This document shows, one piece after another, positions 1-17,400 of a DNA stretch of 64,000 nucleotides; the first letter of the stretch is position 1, and the number at the start of each line of letters is the position of its first letter. Under the pieces are notes generated by a model. That model ran no database searches. It had not been told where the DNA came from and saw only the letters and a program-made list of their open reading frames with translations. The position numbers and the translations under genes are program-made. The stretch is from Klebsormidium nitens (taxonomy: Eukaryota > Plantae > Klebsormidiophyceae), in NCBI GenBank assembly GCA_000708835.1, contig DF237008.1:124001-188000 (forward strand). Direction: 5' to 3'.

Positions 1-145
1 CTTACGACAATTTCTAGCCAACACCCACGTTAAAAGATGATCACAGAAAAGGAGGAATCCACAGCATTCAGATGCTTCCACCAAGAGCTAGTCTGTTCTG
101 TAGATGAGGCAGGTTTCATCACAAGGACTTTGCGTTCTGACTCAC

Positions 146-537
146 ACTTTGATATCGCCACCCGGGGAGCCCCGCTTGTTGATGTCCATCCCAAACATCC
201 CCTTGCGCAGCATATACGGGACTGCGACTGGAATCAGCCACACAGTCAGCAGAAAGCCAACTGAACTGAAGGCCAGATTGCCAAGGATGAACCTCTTGTC
301 CGCAGCATCAATGTCCAGCGTAGAGAAGAGGTACACTGCTGGCAGGAAGGATGCCAGGAAGAGGATGAGAACCTTGTGCGACTTGGGGAGGCCCCCTTCT
401 GCATAGTTCCTTGTTCTGGCTGGAGTCTCTTGCTGCTCGGATCCAGATACTGCCGGACCGCTAATAAACGACCTGGACTCTGGAGTCCTTCCCGGTTCCA
501 CCTTGCGATTGCGCAGCTGCCTGCCTGAGTCCGCCAT
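146..537 (-). CDS. GPT/ALG7: UDP-GlcNAc:dolichol-phosphate GlcNAc-1-P transferase, first coding exon (gene continues beyond the left edge)
   Basis: ORF 142..537 gives two hydrophobic segments then LIPVAVPYMLRKGMFGMDINKRGSPGGDIKV, matching plant GPT/DPAGT1 N-termini (…FGFDINKRGTPQGDIKVPE). GTGAG donor immediately after position 146. Confidence 0.85.
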
Positions 538-653
538 GGGTTTTATTGAAGATCTTCCCTGACCGCAGGCTCAACACCACAGCTCCGTTTGTTGCTTAAA
601 ATTATGGCCGATTATAACCTGCGCGGCTGTGCTTTCCTCTTCATGAATTTGCG

Positions 654-790
654 TGGGCCACCAAAGCCAAGGATCAAAGGCAAAGGCAAAGGCAAGGATC
701 TGCAATAAAACTTGAAGACAAAGCGTGGGCCATTGGCCATTGCATGGCCATTGTCCGCTAGCGAAAGGGGGAATCTTTTAATTAGGGTTT
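654..790. promoter_or_regulatory. Site II elements (TGGGCC at 654 and 726) plus telo-box (ATTAGGGTTT at 781-790) upstream of GPT
   Basis: Exact motif matches 120-250 bp upstream of the ATG at 537. The Site II/telo-box pairing is the known plant housekeeping promoter module. Confidence 0.5.
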
Positions 791-1996
791 TGCAGCTGGC
801 GCGACGGATTCGGAACCCTCCGAGTAGCTTGCTGTGCGGGTCGGGCGGCCGCGCCGCCGCGGCCGGCCGCCTCTGACGCCCGAAAACCAAACAAAACTCA
901 GACTCACTGAGTCGGACTGTGACAGCTAGTGTGATTGCCTAATTTGATCATGCACTTTGATTTGGTTAGGTAGCTAGACGTTCAAGACCCAAACAATTCC
1001 CATGTATGCCATGGAAGCCTGTGGCCCATGTGGCTACGGCGTTTGAAAAGAGAACATCATGACCATTTTACGATCAATCGTACACTGACCAACCATGTGC
1101 TGCTTGAAAATATAATATTTTAATATGAACCCGGCTCAATTCGAGCTTGAAGCTTGCCCGATTGTGCATGATGTATTGTATGGTTCAACGGTTTAATGAC
1201 AAAGCAAGTACTGACGTTGTTAATCATAGCGTCATCCCATGCTGGCGCAGGCATGCAGCCGCCAGCTCATAAGTATGCGAGCACTCGCGACTAACAATAT
1301 CACCGGTGAATCAAGGGGGTGGTTCTGCGACCACCACGCAGTCAGTACTTAGATGGCTGCATGCACGCGATTGACAAAGATGAACAGAGAATGCGCATTG
1401 GACGTCGACAGGACACACAAAACAAACCATGGATGACACAAAGAAACTTTACTTATAATCTTCAGCAGCAAAAGTCGGAGGGCCTTGAATACGGTTTTTG
1501 AGTTGTGGTGGCCGCACTGCTTCTGATTACAAGATTGATCCTGATGAATTGCCTAAGCGAACTCAGTCTCTTTCAATTCAGCAGTTTGTGCTCAACTTCC
1601 CAGGGTCTCAAGCAATCACCACCACCAAGGGCATCGGTTCTCGACCACCCATGCCAAACCTGATCAACTGTCAATGCCAGATTAAGCGTTGGAAGAGTCG
1701 CACTGTGAGCGTGACACACATGCAGCGGATCATACTACTAGTGACTGCTAAGTACTATTAGAGCCATTTGCCCGACCCAAAAGCTTTGGGGGTGGCTATG
1801 GCAATCGACTCCTTCTGGCCCCGACGCGTCCCTCTTGCGCCTCCTATACAAGCAGGCTTTTGTTTCCAATAGTAGCGAACAACTTGAGGCCCAAAATCGA
1901 TGCCACGAACAGTTTCGGAGACAGCTGGAAACCTTGGAACCACCATAACCTAACGGACTTGATCTCTGTAAAGCACCCCGTTTGCAGTTGAGGGAA

Positions 1997-7158
<5,162 letters not shown>

Positions 7159-7630
7159 CTAGTTTGCATCCTCTAACCTATTTCATACGGGGAGCATTTC
7201 CGCGCCCCAAAGAACCATGCCTTTGTTTTGGTCATGATTGCTAGCCAGATTTGAGCTTGCAGCCAAGCATTCTCACACCGGGATGTGTAAAGACAAGACA
7301 AGAACTGCCTCGAACATTCAATCTGTGAAGTCGAATATCTACAACAATACCTATGTAAAACGTCACGACCAGGTATCCACAGCGTGGTGCAATCCAGCAA
7401 GCCTCCCTGCACGACCTGCCCAACTTTCTCACGTCAATGAAAGATCTGAATCTTTGCACTTGCTACCGTGATTTCTCACGAGGCACGAGTCTCTGACGAC
7501 TGAGACCATTGCCACGCTTTCTTCAGAAAAAGCAAGCCAGGGAAGAAGCCATGAAGCGGTTGCAACTTGCAAGAAGACTGTTCAGACTGCTGCACACAAG
7601 CAAGCCTCGACACCTTTTGCACTTTTCCAA

Positions 7631-8129
7631 AGATATTTTGTGGCTGTTTCACTTTTGGGTAACGGTGAACCGGAGGGGAAACCGGCCACAAAAACAGTAC
7701 CGGCTCTTCGTACCGTCTTCCATATATAATGTATTTTGCCTGTTGATGCCACCCGGTGGAACTTCACCTGGGTCCTATGGCCAATGTCGTTCCCGGGGGT
7801 CTTGCCCTGGTCACTGAAAAAGTGGAAACTGATGGATATTTTCGAAAACCTGTCGCTTTTTCAGTTAAACTGACCGACATTGTTAAACGTATGGGTTTAC
7901 CGCTCGGGTGCTCGTCTCCAGGCCTCATCATCAGCAAGGCAAACCTTCAGAAAAGCGCAACCGCCCGACCCCAGTGACACCGGTCAGCCCTTAACCTAGC
8001 TAAAAACTATCTTCTCAGCGACAACTAGATCCAGATATTTTGAGGAGGAGAACCCTCAGAGGACGCACAGGCGAAAGCAGGCTTCAGAAGGTCACTTTCC
8101 TCTGCCAAACCCTGCAAACTAAAATATCT
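7631..8129. promoter_or_regulatory. Evening-element cluster (AAAATATCT): 7631-7639 (-), 8033-8041 (-), 8121-8129 (+)
   Basis: Three exact 9-mers, plus 8/9 matches at 7834 (GGATATTTT), 8219 (AAGATATCT) and 8401 (AAAGTATCT), between the ZTL and TOC1 start codons. Confidence 0.75.
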
Positions 8130-8465
8130 GGTCCAGAAAAGATGCTTTTGCCCGCAGCAGAAGTGCTTTGCAACCAACCCAGCAGCAACTGCACCAAGCT
8201 TGGCCCTTCGTTGACCTGAAGATATCTTTTGTGGCGGCTCTGTTGCTACGCCTTCTGCCAGTTCTGGAGAAGCGGTGATCTTTTGTTGGTCAGTCATAGC
8301 TGCCCGGCAGTGCAACCTCTTTTTGACTTCCTGGTTACAGAAGCCATGAACGAGAAGGGCGCATGCTGAAATGCTCCCATGTCAAAAGTTAGATGACAAG
8401 AAAGTATCTGGGGCTAAACACCTCCTTTGTCACGCTGTTGAAGGGGTGAGTGCAGTCACTCAAAG

Positions 8466-11400
8466 ATGGACGACAAGAGGTTTCACGATGTGACAACGTT
8501 CCACAGAAGCAGCGTCCACATTCTCCTTGCTGACAGGGACTTGCAGACAAGGAAAGAAGTGTTTGAGCTTTTACGCCGCTGCTCTTACAAAGGTGAGGGT
8601 TTGGGCGTCGCACACATTGACCTCATTTAGCTTCTGCGCTCTGTTGAGGGGGCCATGCTTTCGTCTTCTTTCCAGTCAAGGTTGTCAGGCACTGCACAAT
8701 TTTGAAGTTGTGAAGGTGCTCGCCTAGGCCTTCACTAATGCCAGGAAGACTAGGAATGCAGGGCCAAGGACCTTTTCCATGGCCCTTCTCGGTGTTAAAT
8801 TCGACTTCAGGGCCTTGCTAGATCAAAGGCAAAGACCATTGTATGCTGTAAAGGCTCAAGCTACTGGTACCCCCTTCTCACAAGGCAGAGTCAACTGCGA
8901 TCATTCTTCAAAGCCTGTGGATAGAAGACGGGGGATGGCACCAGCAACCACCGGAGGAAGTAGTGCCCGGCCACATTTGACCATGCTTTTCTCGGGCCTC
9001 GCAGTGACTGCAGTTGAGAGCGCCAAGCATGTGCTTGAGGTTTTGCGAGCTGGAGGACCAGCAGTGGATGTGATTCTGTCAGAGGTGGAATTCCCTCATG
9101 GGAAGGGCCTAAAGCTCCTGAAGCACATCATGAGGGAAGAGAAGTTGAAGCAGATTCCTGTCGTCAGTAAGTCTGGGCTTCCTCCTGTTAACGACTCTCA
9201 AAGCTCGTCATTTGGTCTCTACTGGATATAACATGTGTCTTTGGTCTATGAGGCTTCCCGCTAGATTGGTAGTGAGAAAAGAGTTTGCTGCTTTCTCAGC
9301 AGACATAGCAGTGCGAGGTTTTTTTGCGCTGACATCCTTTCTTCTCTGAGACTTCATGTGAAACTCTGAAGTGTCCAGTGAATCAGAGGTCAGATTATTG
9401 GCCCCTGATGTCATTTGTTTCCTGTCTGCTAGTGGCCTCCAAACAACAGCAAGGTCTTGACTCACCTCATACATGTTGGAATTAAAGTTTGGTGTGAAGC
9501 TGTAAGTTAGGTGCGCAACTCAACCTCCACCTTCACTGGGAGGTCCGGAAACCTGAGAGGTGAAAGATTGTTCTCTCCCCTGTTTCAGCTTCTTGGTTGG
9601 GACATGCCAAGAAACTTGTTGAACCGGAGATGAGACAGATTGCTTACCCCTGTGTCTTCCTGCAGTGATGTCACAAAGGGACGAGATGGCTCTGGTGGTC
9701 AAGTCTCTGCGGCTGGGGGCCGCAGACTACCTCGTCAAGCCTCTGAGGACCAATGAGCTGCTCAACCTGTGGACTCACATGTGGCGTCGGAGGAGAATGG
9801 TAAGCCTCTTGGTGTAAGAATCTATTGCAGAGAGGGCGAGATCAGTTGTAAGCTGTCTACAACACTGCTTGCTCAATTGACAGGGGCTATAGTCGGGCGC
9901 TGTCCTGTACTGGAACAGTGTGATTAGGCAGGCTTGAAAAGTGTTTTAGGAAGTCCCTAAAAAGAGGGACTCAGGGAAACCACTCCACCAACAAGGCATG
10001 TTGCAAATGATTCTCATCCCCTCAGCTTACTGCTTCTAGGCCCAAGTCTATCTATGCGGGTTGCAGCTTGCTTGGAAGAAAAGATCGTGGCTCCTCCCCT
10101 TCAAAAACTCTTCTCTCATTTGGTTGCGCATTCTGCAATTCCCGTTAAGAATGGGTGCGCCTCAGTGGAATGTGGCCCCTGACCAATGATTGCGACCAAA
10201 AGCTTTCTCTCATTTGCTCGCCCCTTTCTGCAATTGCAGTTGGGAATGGCTGACCGTCTCAGTGGCCACCCCAACATGAACGGCCCCCCCCTGGATCTCG
10301 CCTTCTCCAACACCAGTGACTCCAACAGCGGGAGCGTTGACATGCTGTCCAACGAGACCGTTGGGGAACGACGGACGCGGCTCGAGGGGCAGGTCAACGA
10401 GGACAATGAACGAGACCGAGAGGATTCAAGAGTGAGTGCTTTTTGAGGGCTCCAGGATTGCACTACTTCATTCTATCTGCTTCCACCAGCAGTGCTGGCC
10501 ATTCCTGAGTGCATGTTGCATTCCATGGGAGTGTGTGACACACTCCCATGGTTGACCAACGTTCTTGGGTTTCTTGCTGCAATAAATTTGGTGCTTTGTA
10601 TATCGTGCGTCTTTCACCTTATTCGGCAACCTTGATCTGATTGGGTTACTGGTTGCATCAGAGGCTTCGAGTGTGGGTTTTTTCCTTCAGCTCACAGGCT
10701 CTGATCATTGGCTCTTCCTGTGTTCAGCCGCAGATGTCCCCAGTCCTGTCTCTGTCATTGAAGCCCTCATCTGAGGGAGTAGAAATCAAGGCTAAAAGTG
10801 GTGAGTATCTCCTAGACCTCTCTGAGCCTCTCAGGGCCCCGTTGATCTGGCCAATGAGTGATTTGGCTGAAACAGTCCACACAGGGAATGCATCATGCAA
10901 CTTGTTCAAACAAGCCCTCAATCTTTGCTAATTGTCTTTTTGCCAGTCACGTCTCCTTCCCAAATCTGATATTTTAGCCTGGTTCAAGTTTCCCTGTGGG
11001 TAGCACACCTTTTCTGTGTAGTAGCCATAGTCATAGCCACATCGTTTGACCCCTTCGCCTGAGGCAGTTGCCTAATCTGGACCATCTTCAAAGTGTGATC
11101 CTCATCTCCCTCCCTCTTATCTGTGTCACATCAATTGTCTTTGCTGATCCGACTACTCCCTCCTCTCTTTTCCAGGCTATGAGATGCTACCCCTCTCCCG
11201 CAAACCTTCCTACGGCTCACCAGCAAAGTTCCGCACCCCTCCTGCCCCACCTCCCAATAACTCTCTGTTCGGCCACACCCCCAAACGGATGAGGGGAGGA
11301 GAGATCGAGAGCAGGGGGTTCAGTTCCTCTGCCCGAGAAGCCCCCGAGCAGACGAGCGGAGAGAGCCAGCCTCCCTTCCACCAACCCCCCCAGCTCCACA

Positions 11401-12827
11401 AGTTTGTGCCGTCGTCGGGTTGGCATCCGAACGGTGCCCAGCACGCCCCCCAGACGGGCAGCAGCAGCACCCCCCACAGGAGCGCAACCGCTGAGGGGGT
11501 CCCTGCCTGGGCAGCTCCCCGAGTCAGCCAGCAACCCCCGGCGCAAGAGCACTTTTCTCGGGGGGCGCTGGTGCACTCCCACGGTCAGGAAATGCAGCAG
11601 AGGGGCCACAACGTGGAGAGGAGGGACAGTCTGCCGACCCCCCCAGAATACGGAAGGACGCGGCACGTAGGGGCGAGCTCGAACGCCGGAAACTCTGCAC
11701 CTCCTCCCGAGTACCACAGGTCAGCGTTCCAGGGGGATGCTCGGAGGGGGACAGAGGGGGGGGAGGGCTCCTGGCAGAATAGTCACCGCCCCCCCTACTT
11801 TCCAGAGCCACAGTTCGCGGGGATGGTTCCGAGCAACATGGGGGCGATGGCACAGCTTCCCCCCCACTTTTACATGCCTCCTCACGTTCAGGGGGGTGGC
11901 CGTGAGTCCAGCAAAGCAGATTACAGCTCGGGGGGGAGCGGAAGGGACCACAGCCCCCCCACAGTTACACCCCCCCGGGAAGAGCGGTCACAGAGTTTTG
12001 GCGAGGCCGCCTCGGGGATGTTCGGGATGCCCCCTCAGATGCAGAACGGGATGCCCCCCCAGATCCCCAACGGAATGGCCTCCAACGGAATCCCCAATGG
12101 AATGGCCCCCCAGCTGCCAAACGGAATGCAGCTGCCCTCCGATCTGCTGATGAACCCGCACCTCGCGATGTTCAACCTCCCCCCCGGGATGATGCCCCCG
12201 ATGCCGCTCCCCCCAGGAATGCCCCCGGGCCTCGCGGCCGGCCTCATGGGCCAGATGCAGTTCTCCCCCTTCTTCCAGAACATGCTCAACCCGCACCTCA
12301 TCCGCCCCCCCGTTCAGAGAGTCCCCACTCCGCCTCCCCCCCCAAACGCCCAGCCTCAGAGCAAGCCCCCCCAGGTTCGAAGCGCGAGGTTTAGCCCCCC
12401 TCCACCCACAACAGGGGGGCCAGTGATCGGTGTCTCAGTAGGGGGGCCGCCGGCCCCCATGTGGCCGTTGCTCCAGGCGGGGGTGGACCGGAAGATGGAC
12501 CAGGCCGAGAGGCGCGAGGCGGCGCTGAGCAAGTTCCGGCAGAAGCGGAAGGACCGGTGCTTCGCGAAGAAGATCCGGTACGCGAGCCGGAAGAAGCTGG
12601 CCGAGGCGCGGCCGCGCATCAAGGGCCAGTTCGTGCGTCAAAAGGAGGGGGGTGCCCCCGGGGGGGGTGGCGACGAAGAAGAACTAGAGGAGGAGGAAGA
12701 AGAGGAGGAGGAGGACGTTGACGAGGAGGAGGAAGACGAGAACAAAGGCGCGCAGCTGCCGGACATCTCGGGCTCGCTGAACGGGAGTAACGACAGCCAG
12801 TCGGCGTTGAATATCGAGAGCCGGTAG
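8466..12827 (+). CDS. TOC1: TIMING OF CAB EXPRESSION 1 / PRR1-type pseudo-response regulator with CCT domain; exons 8466-8592, 9005-9166, 9666-9799, 10240-10431, 10728-10800, 11176-12827
   Basis: [14 protein letters not shown]…LRRCSYK|VTAVESAK…[10 protein letters not shown]…IPVV|MMSQRDE…[29 protein letters not shown]|LGMA carries the TOC1-clade signature. C-terminal [42 protein letters not shown] is a CCT domain. Exon 5 is less certain. Confidence 0.92.
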
Positions 12828-14435
12828 CGGGGTGGCGGGCTCGCTGCTGTATGATTGGGGGAGTGTCCCTGAAGCGCAGGGGCGCTGCGGGTGTTGCTTC
12901 GGTCGTGATGCCACGCGGCCGACTTGTCAAGAAGTGGGGGGGTGAATCGAGGCTCGTCCCCGCGGCTAGTCTGACCTCCGTTGCATAGAAGAAGATTGTC
13001 GATAGCCGGAGCTTGACTGCAATAGCACAGAACCCTGACGTTCTGGAAGGTCACCGTCAAGGGTATGGAGAAGGGAAGGAGCTCGAAAGCATTCTTGCTG
13101 AGGTCTTAGTAAATGTAAGATAAGCAAGCACCTGGTTTTATTCTTACGAGCACATTTGCTTTGGTATTTGACTTTTTGTCGGCTGCCCTCTCTTGGCAAT
13201 TTGCAAGGTTTGTGCACAATATAAGTCAGCTTTAGGAGCTGAATAGAATGAAAACCACTTTTACGATTTGAACAGTGACAGCTCTGCAACCGATTTTTGT
13301 CAGTGTCCTTGTATTTATCGTCTTTGGAGAAGACTTTGTCTACCTAATACAGACCCTTGCCGTTCATTATCCATTATTGCTCCGTTTCATAAATGTCTTG
13401 CCCTCATTGCACTTGTCGTTGCTGTCTGGTCACTTGATGGTCATGGCGCCTCGTGTATGTTACATGACCTGCAAGATTTTGGAATTGACAAAGTAACTGG
13501 CCTTTAAACTGGATAACCTGATTCTCATCAAATGTTTGCGGCTTGCATATATGCACGTTTGTCAAAGTCCGTTCGAGACGTACGTCACTGGTACATCAAT
13601 TACGCGATGATCTGTGCGTGCGAAACGCCTCGAGCTTATATTGGTCATGCATGCTAGTTGTCGGATCTGGTCACGTACTAACAGCTGTACATATCTATAA
13701 TTAATACATACATGATATCGACTTGGCCGGCGCCGTGACGGCATTTTTCTTTGAACATCAATATGAAGAAATTATAATCGAAGTTCGTGATCGGATGTCA
13801 TGAATTCAAGTTTCTAGATCGATGCAGTATATACCGTACGTACGTGCACACATGCATGTGCTTACATGTAAAATCACCATGCATATGCCATGCGTGTCCA
13901 TGTACCTTGCGTTGCATGTACTTGTGTCTTACTCAACTGCAATTGAAGGCGCGGCCAAATGTATTTCAGAACGCATTGCATGTGATGTGCGAGATTATCA
14001 AGTTTTATATGTTACTAGTGAAAGTATCTTTGGTCGCGCTGATTGGTCACCAGGGATAAGGTCCGTTGCATGGTCTATCTTCAATGCGAATCTTCATGCA
14101 CGGCCGACCAACTTCAGTTTGAGACCTAGTGGCCTCATCAAGGAAGCGGGCTCAACCTTCATGCAACCTTTGCATCAACTGTGAAGGCTGCGCTCTTTAA
14201 AGGAGACCTTCTTCAAGGAGCTGTTAATTCAGAATCTCAAGCCAATGGATTTGCGCACCAAGACTGCATACAAGGGACGACAGGACAGGAACACAAGCAC
14301 GCTTTTCCTACCGGCGATCCCTGACTATTACTTAAAGCAATTGTACAGCTGTGCAATGAAGTATGCTTCAACTCGAACCTCCAACTCCTGATACATCTGA
14401 GCGACCAGAGTCGTCAGTTGGGGCCTTCGTAACTC

Positions 14436-17400
14436 TCAACCTTTTCGTTTCGTGTATGAAAGGTATGGGTCTTGTACCGCAGTCAAGACGTCCGGTCGGT
14501 CCTGTTGCTTGAAAGTCAAGCACCGCCGAATGAAGTCCTGCAGAGTATGCAAAGAAACAGGTCAAGCGTTGCCGTTGAGGATCATAAGAACGTACTATCT
14601 CCACGAGAATGCATCGGACTCTCTGATCCTTGTTTTCGGCTGGGCAAGAGGAACACCACATAGCCTGCAAACCGCAAAGCACAGACTCTGGTCACGAGCT
14701 GCACTCAACGATTTGGGGACAATTCTCGAGCATATCGCCGAACTAAGCACAATCGAAGACTTGCATCTTCCTTGTAGAGATGACTGCTCTACAGACAAAT
14801 CACAGATTGATGGCAGAAACACGGCTATAATTCCGCCAAGGCCCGTTCGTCGCCCTACCTTAGCCTCGCTTGACACCGCGGGCTTGGTCGGGAACTCCAC
14901 AGGGGGCGCGCGCAGGATGGTGTCATTGCGCAGCATGGCCTCCTGCGATTGGTCGTCGCCGAACGGCCGTTTTCCGTACAGCATCTGGTACAAGATCACG
15001 CCCGCGGCCCACACGTCCACCTTGGAGGAGATCAGAGGGGGCTGCGTGCCGCGCTCGAAGCACTCGGGGGGAAGATACCTGGGGACAGGATTGTAAAGGT
15101 TTGTAAGTTTGTGGGTTTGTGAGTTCTTTTCCTAAAAACTTTTAAGACTCGGGAGAAAGCTCCCGGACGCTGAAAGCACTCCGCGGAGATGACATTAGCG
15201 GTGGCTGGTTGTCACACTCGAAAACGCTCGGAGGAGGATACCTGGGGACAGGGTTTCAGGAGTTGAAGGTTTCAGAAACTCAAGGGCCCATGTTCAAAAG
15301 ACTGAGGAGAAAATATGAGGACCTGGGTTAATGGAAGGGGGGCTGGCGAACCTGGAAAGAAGGTCTTGGGACTGAGAAGAACGCTCATGATATTTTCCGT
15401 CGAGCGCTTTAAGGAGGATTCTGCGTACGTTCCTATTTGCATACGTTCTTTGGCTGGCTATAAGTTGCCTTAACGCTACACGAGATAGGGCGTCATACTT
15501 TGCAAGTCGGGCAAGCCAAGGTTCTAGGCGGAACCATGGGAGGTTGAAGCACTCTTATCAAAGTTGTACGACAGAAGGCACGTTGGCGGTGGTTATATTG
15601 GAGAATGCTTGTTCACTCATTACATCCCCTAAAGGAGCTCTTCGATCTTTCCACGTTCGTAATTAAATCCCAGCTTGCCCTTACTGATTCGCTCTAGCTT
15701 CAGAGAAGTCGCCGCAACAGAATCCGGAATAGACCTCCAGTAGTCACCGAACCTGACCGCGAGTCCTTCTCTTGACGCAGATTCCTCACCAGTACGTCCC
15801 CGCGCCCTGTGACGTCAGCTCCATCCCCTGGCTGGCCCCCTCATCCTCCATGATCTTGCTTAACCCAAAGTCAGTTATCTTAACCTCGCCCATGGCGTCA
15901 AACAGGATGTTCCCCGGCTTCAGGTCGTAGTGGATAACCCGGTGCTGTGGCTGGTTAAGATACGCTAACCCGGCGAAGATCTGGACTGCCAGGCAGCGCG
16001 CCTCGCGCTCGGGCAGGAACGGCGTCGCCTTGAGAACGGAGTCCAAGTCCTTGCCTGCGGAGGGAAAAATTGGGTTTATTATAAACCCTAAAACTTTGAA
16101 AAGATGGTCAGGTTACGTTTCTTCGGGAAGTATGTGGGTCAGCATTCAGCAGTCCGGTGGAATAGCAACCAAGGCTAGAGTACAGGTCGCTCTCAGCTCG
16201 GAGTCCAAGTTCTTGCCTGCGGAGGGAGTTGTGTTTCGCCATAGTTTGTGATCAGAAAGTCAGCAGACCACATGAGCTTTTGAAGTTTCAGAAGCCGCTA
16301 GTAAAAAAGCCTGCAACATGCTGCATCAGATACTTATCAGCAGGGTTGGCATCTTTTGAAAACATTTGCAGCAACATCAGAGGTCAGAATCTCCCAGCTT
16401 TCTCATCACAAAGGAGCTCACCGTCACAGTATTCGGGGACGGTGCAGAAGGTGTTGTTATCGACCTTAAGATTGGCATCACCCATCGGACAATCTCTAAC
16501 GTGCGTCTCTAAGGTGTGTGTTTTTTTGTTTTTGTAGAGAAGATTTCAACACTTGCGAGCACGCTGACGGATTGAAGCATCCCACCACAGCAAATCAGAG
16601 AAACACAGGAACCTAAAACACTAGAGTTCTCAATGCACCACCGCAGTATGTAAGGACGGTGCAAAAGTTGTTGTGGTCTTAGGATCCGTAGTCCATGACT
16701 AAGACTCCCAGTACCTTGTCGCATGAGGGCATTCGGACACCTCACAATCACCCTGACACCTTAAGCACCCTGCAATAACCAATGAACAAACAATGAGCAG
16801 AACATTAAAAACACCCAAATCTTTGACGCACCGTCGCAGTACTCGAGGACGGTGCAGAAGGTGTTGTTGTCGATCTCGAAGATGCCGAGCAGTCGCACGA
16901 TGCGCGCGTGGTCCAGCTTCTTGTGGATCTCGTACTCGCGGATCGCGTGCCGCACGTAGCTCTGCTTCTTCTCCTCGCTCCACGCAGGGTTCAGCTGGTG
17001 CAGCTTGCACGCCACGTGCCGGTACTCGATCAGGTCGAACGCCTGCAGGAGATAAGATGCAAAGGATTCTGAAATTGGCTCGTATAGATTTTCACGACTT
17101 CGGGTTTCGAAGCTCAAAATTACACTTTCCTTTCGAGGATCCAGATATTTGGAAAGTCTTTGACTCGGAAAGTCGGTTCAGCTGGTGCAGGCTTGCACGC
17201 AACGTGCAGGTACTCAACCAAAGCAAACGCCTAAGAGGAGTCGACAGTCAGACTTTTAGAATCTGTCCGTTCAAAAATCAAGACTTGGGGGCATTGGATT
17301 TCGCTTCAGGTGCACGCAACGTGCCAGTACTCGACAAGGTCAGACCCCTGGAAAGGATGGAGACACAGGGTTTGAAAGCATGCACATGTATATAAGCTAG

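Noticed and set aside
671-700. (GGCAAA)n microsatellite
   Set aside because: Short ordinary simple repeat.
11210-13060. Multiple antisense and alternate-frame ORFs over TOC1 exon 6
   Set aside because: Expected from stop-poor GC-rich coding DNA and the reverse complement of the poly-Glu tract.
14452-15096. 214-codon + strand ORF opposite the TLK 3' exons
   Set aside because: Spans introns and exons of TLK antisense, with no domain signal.
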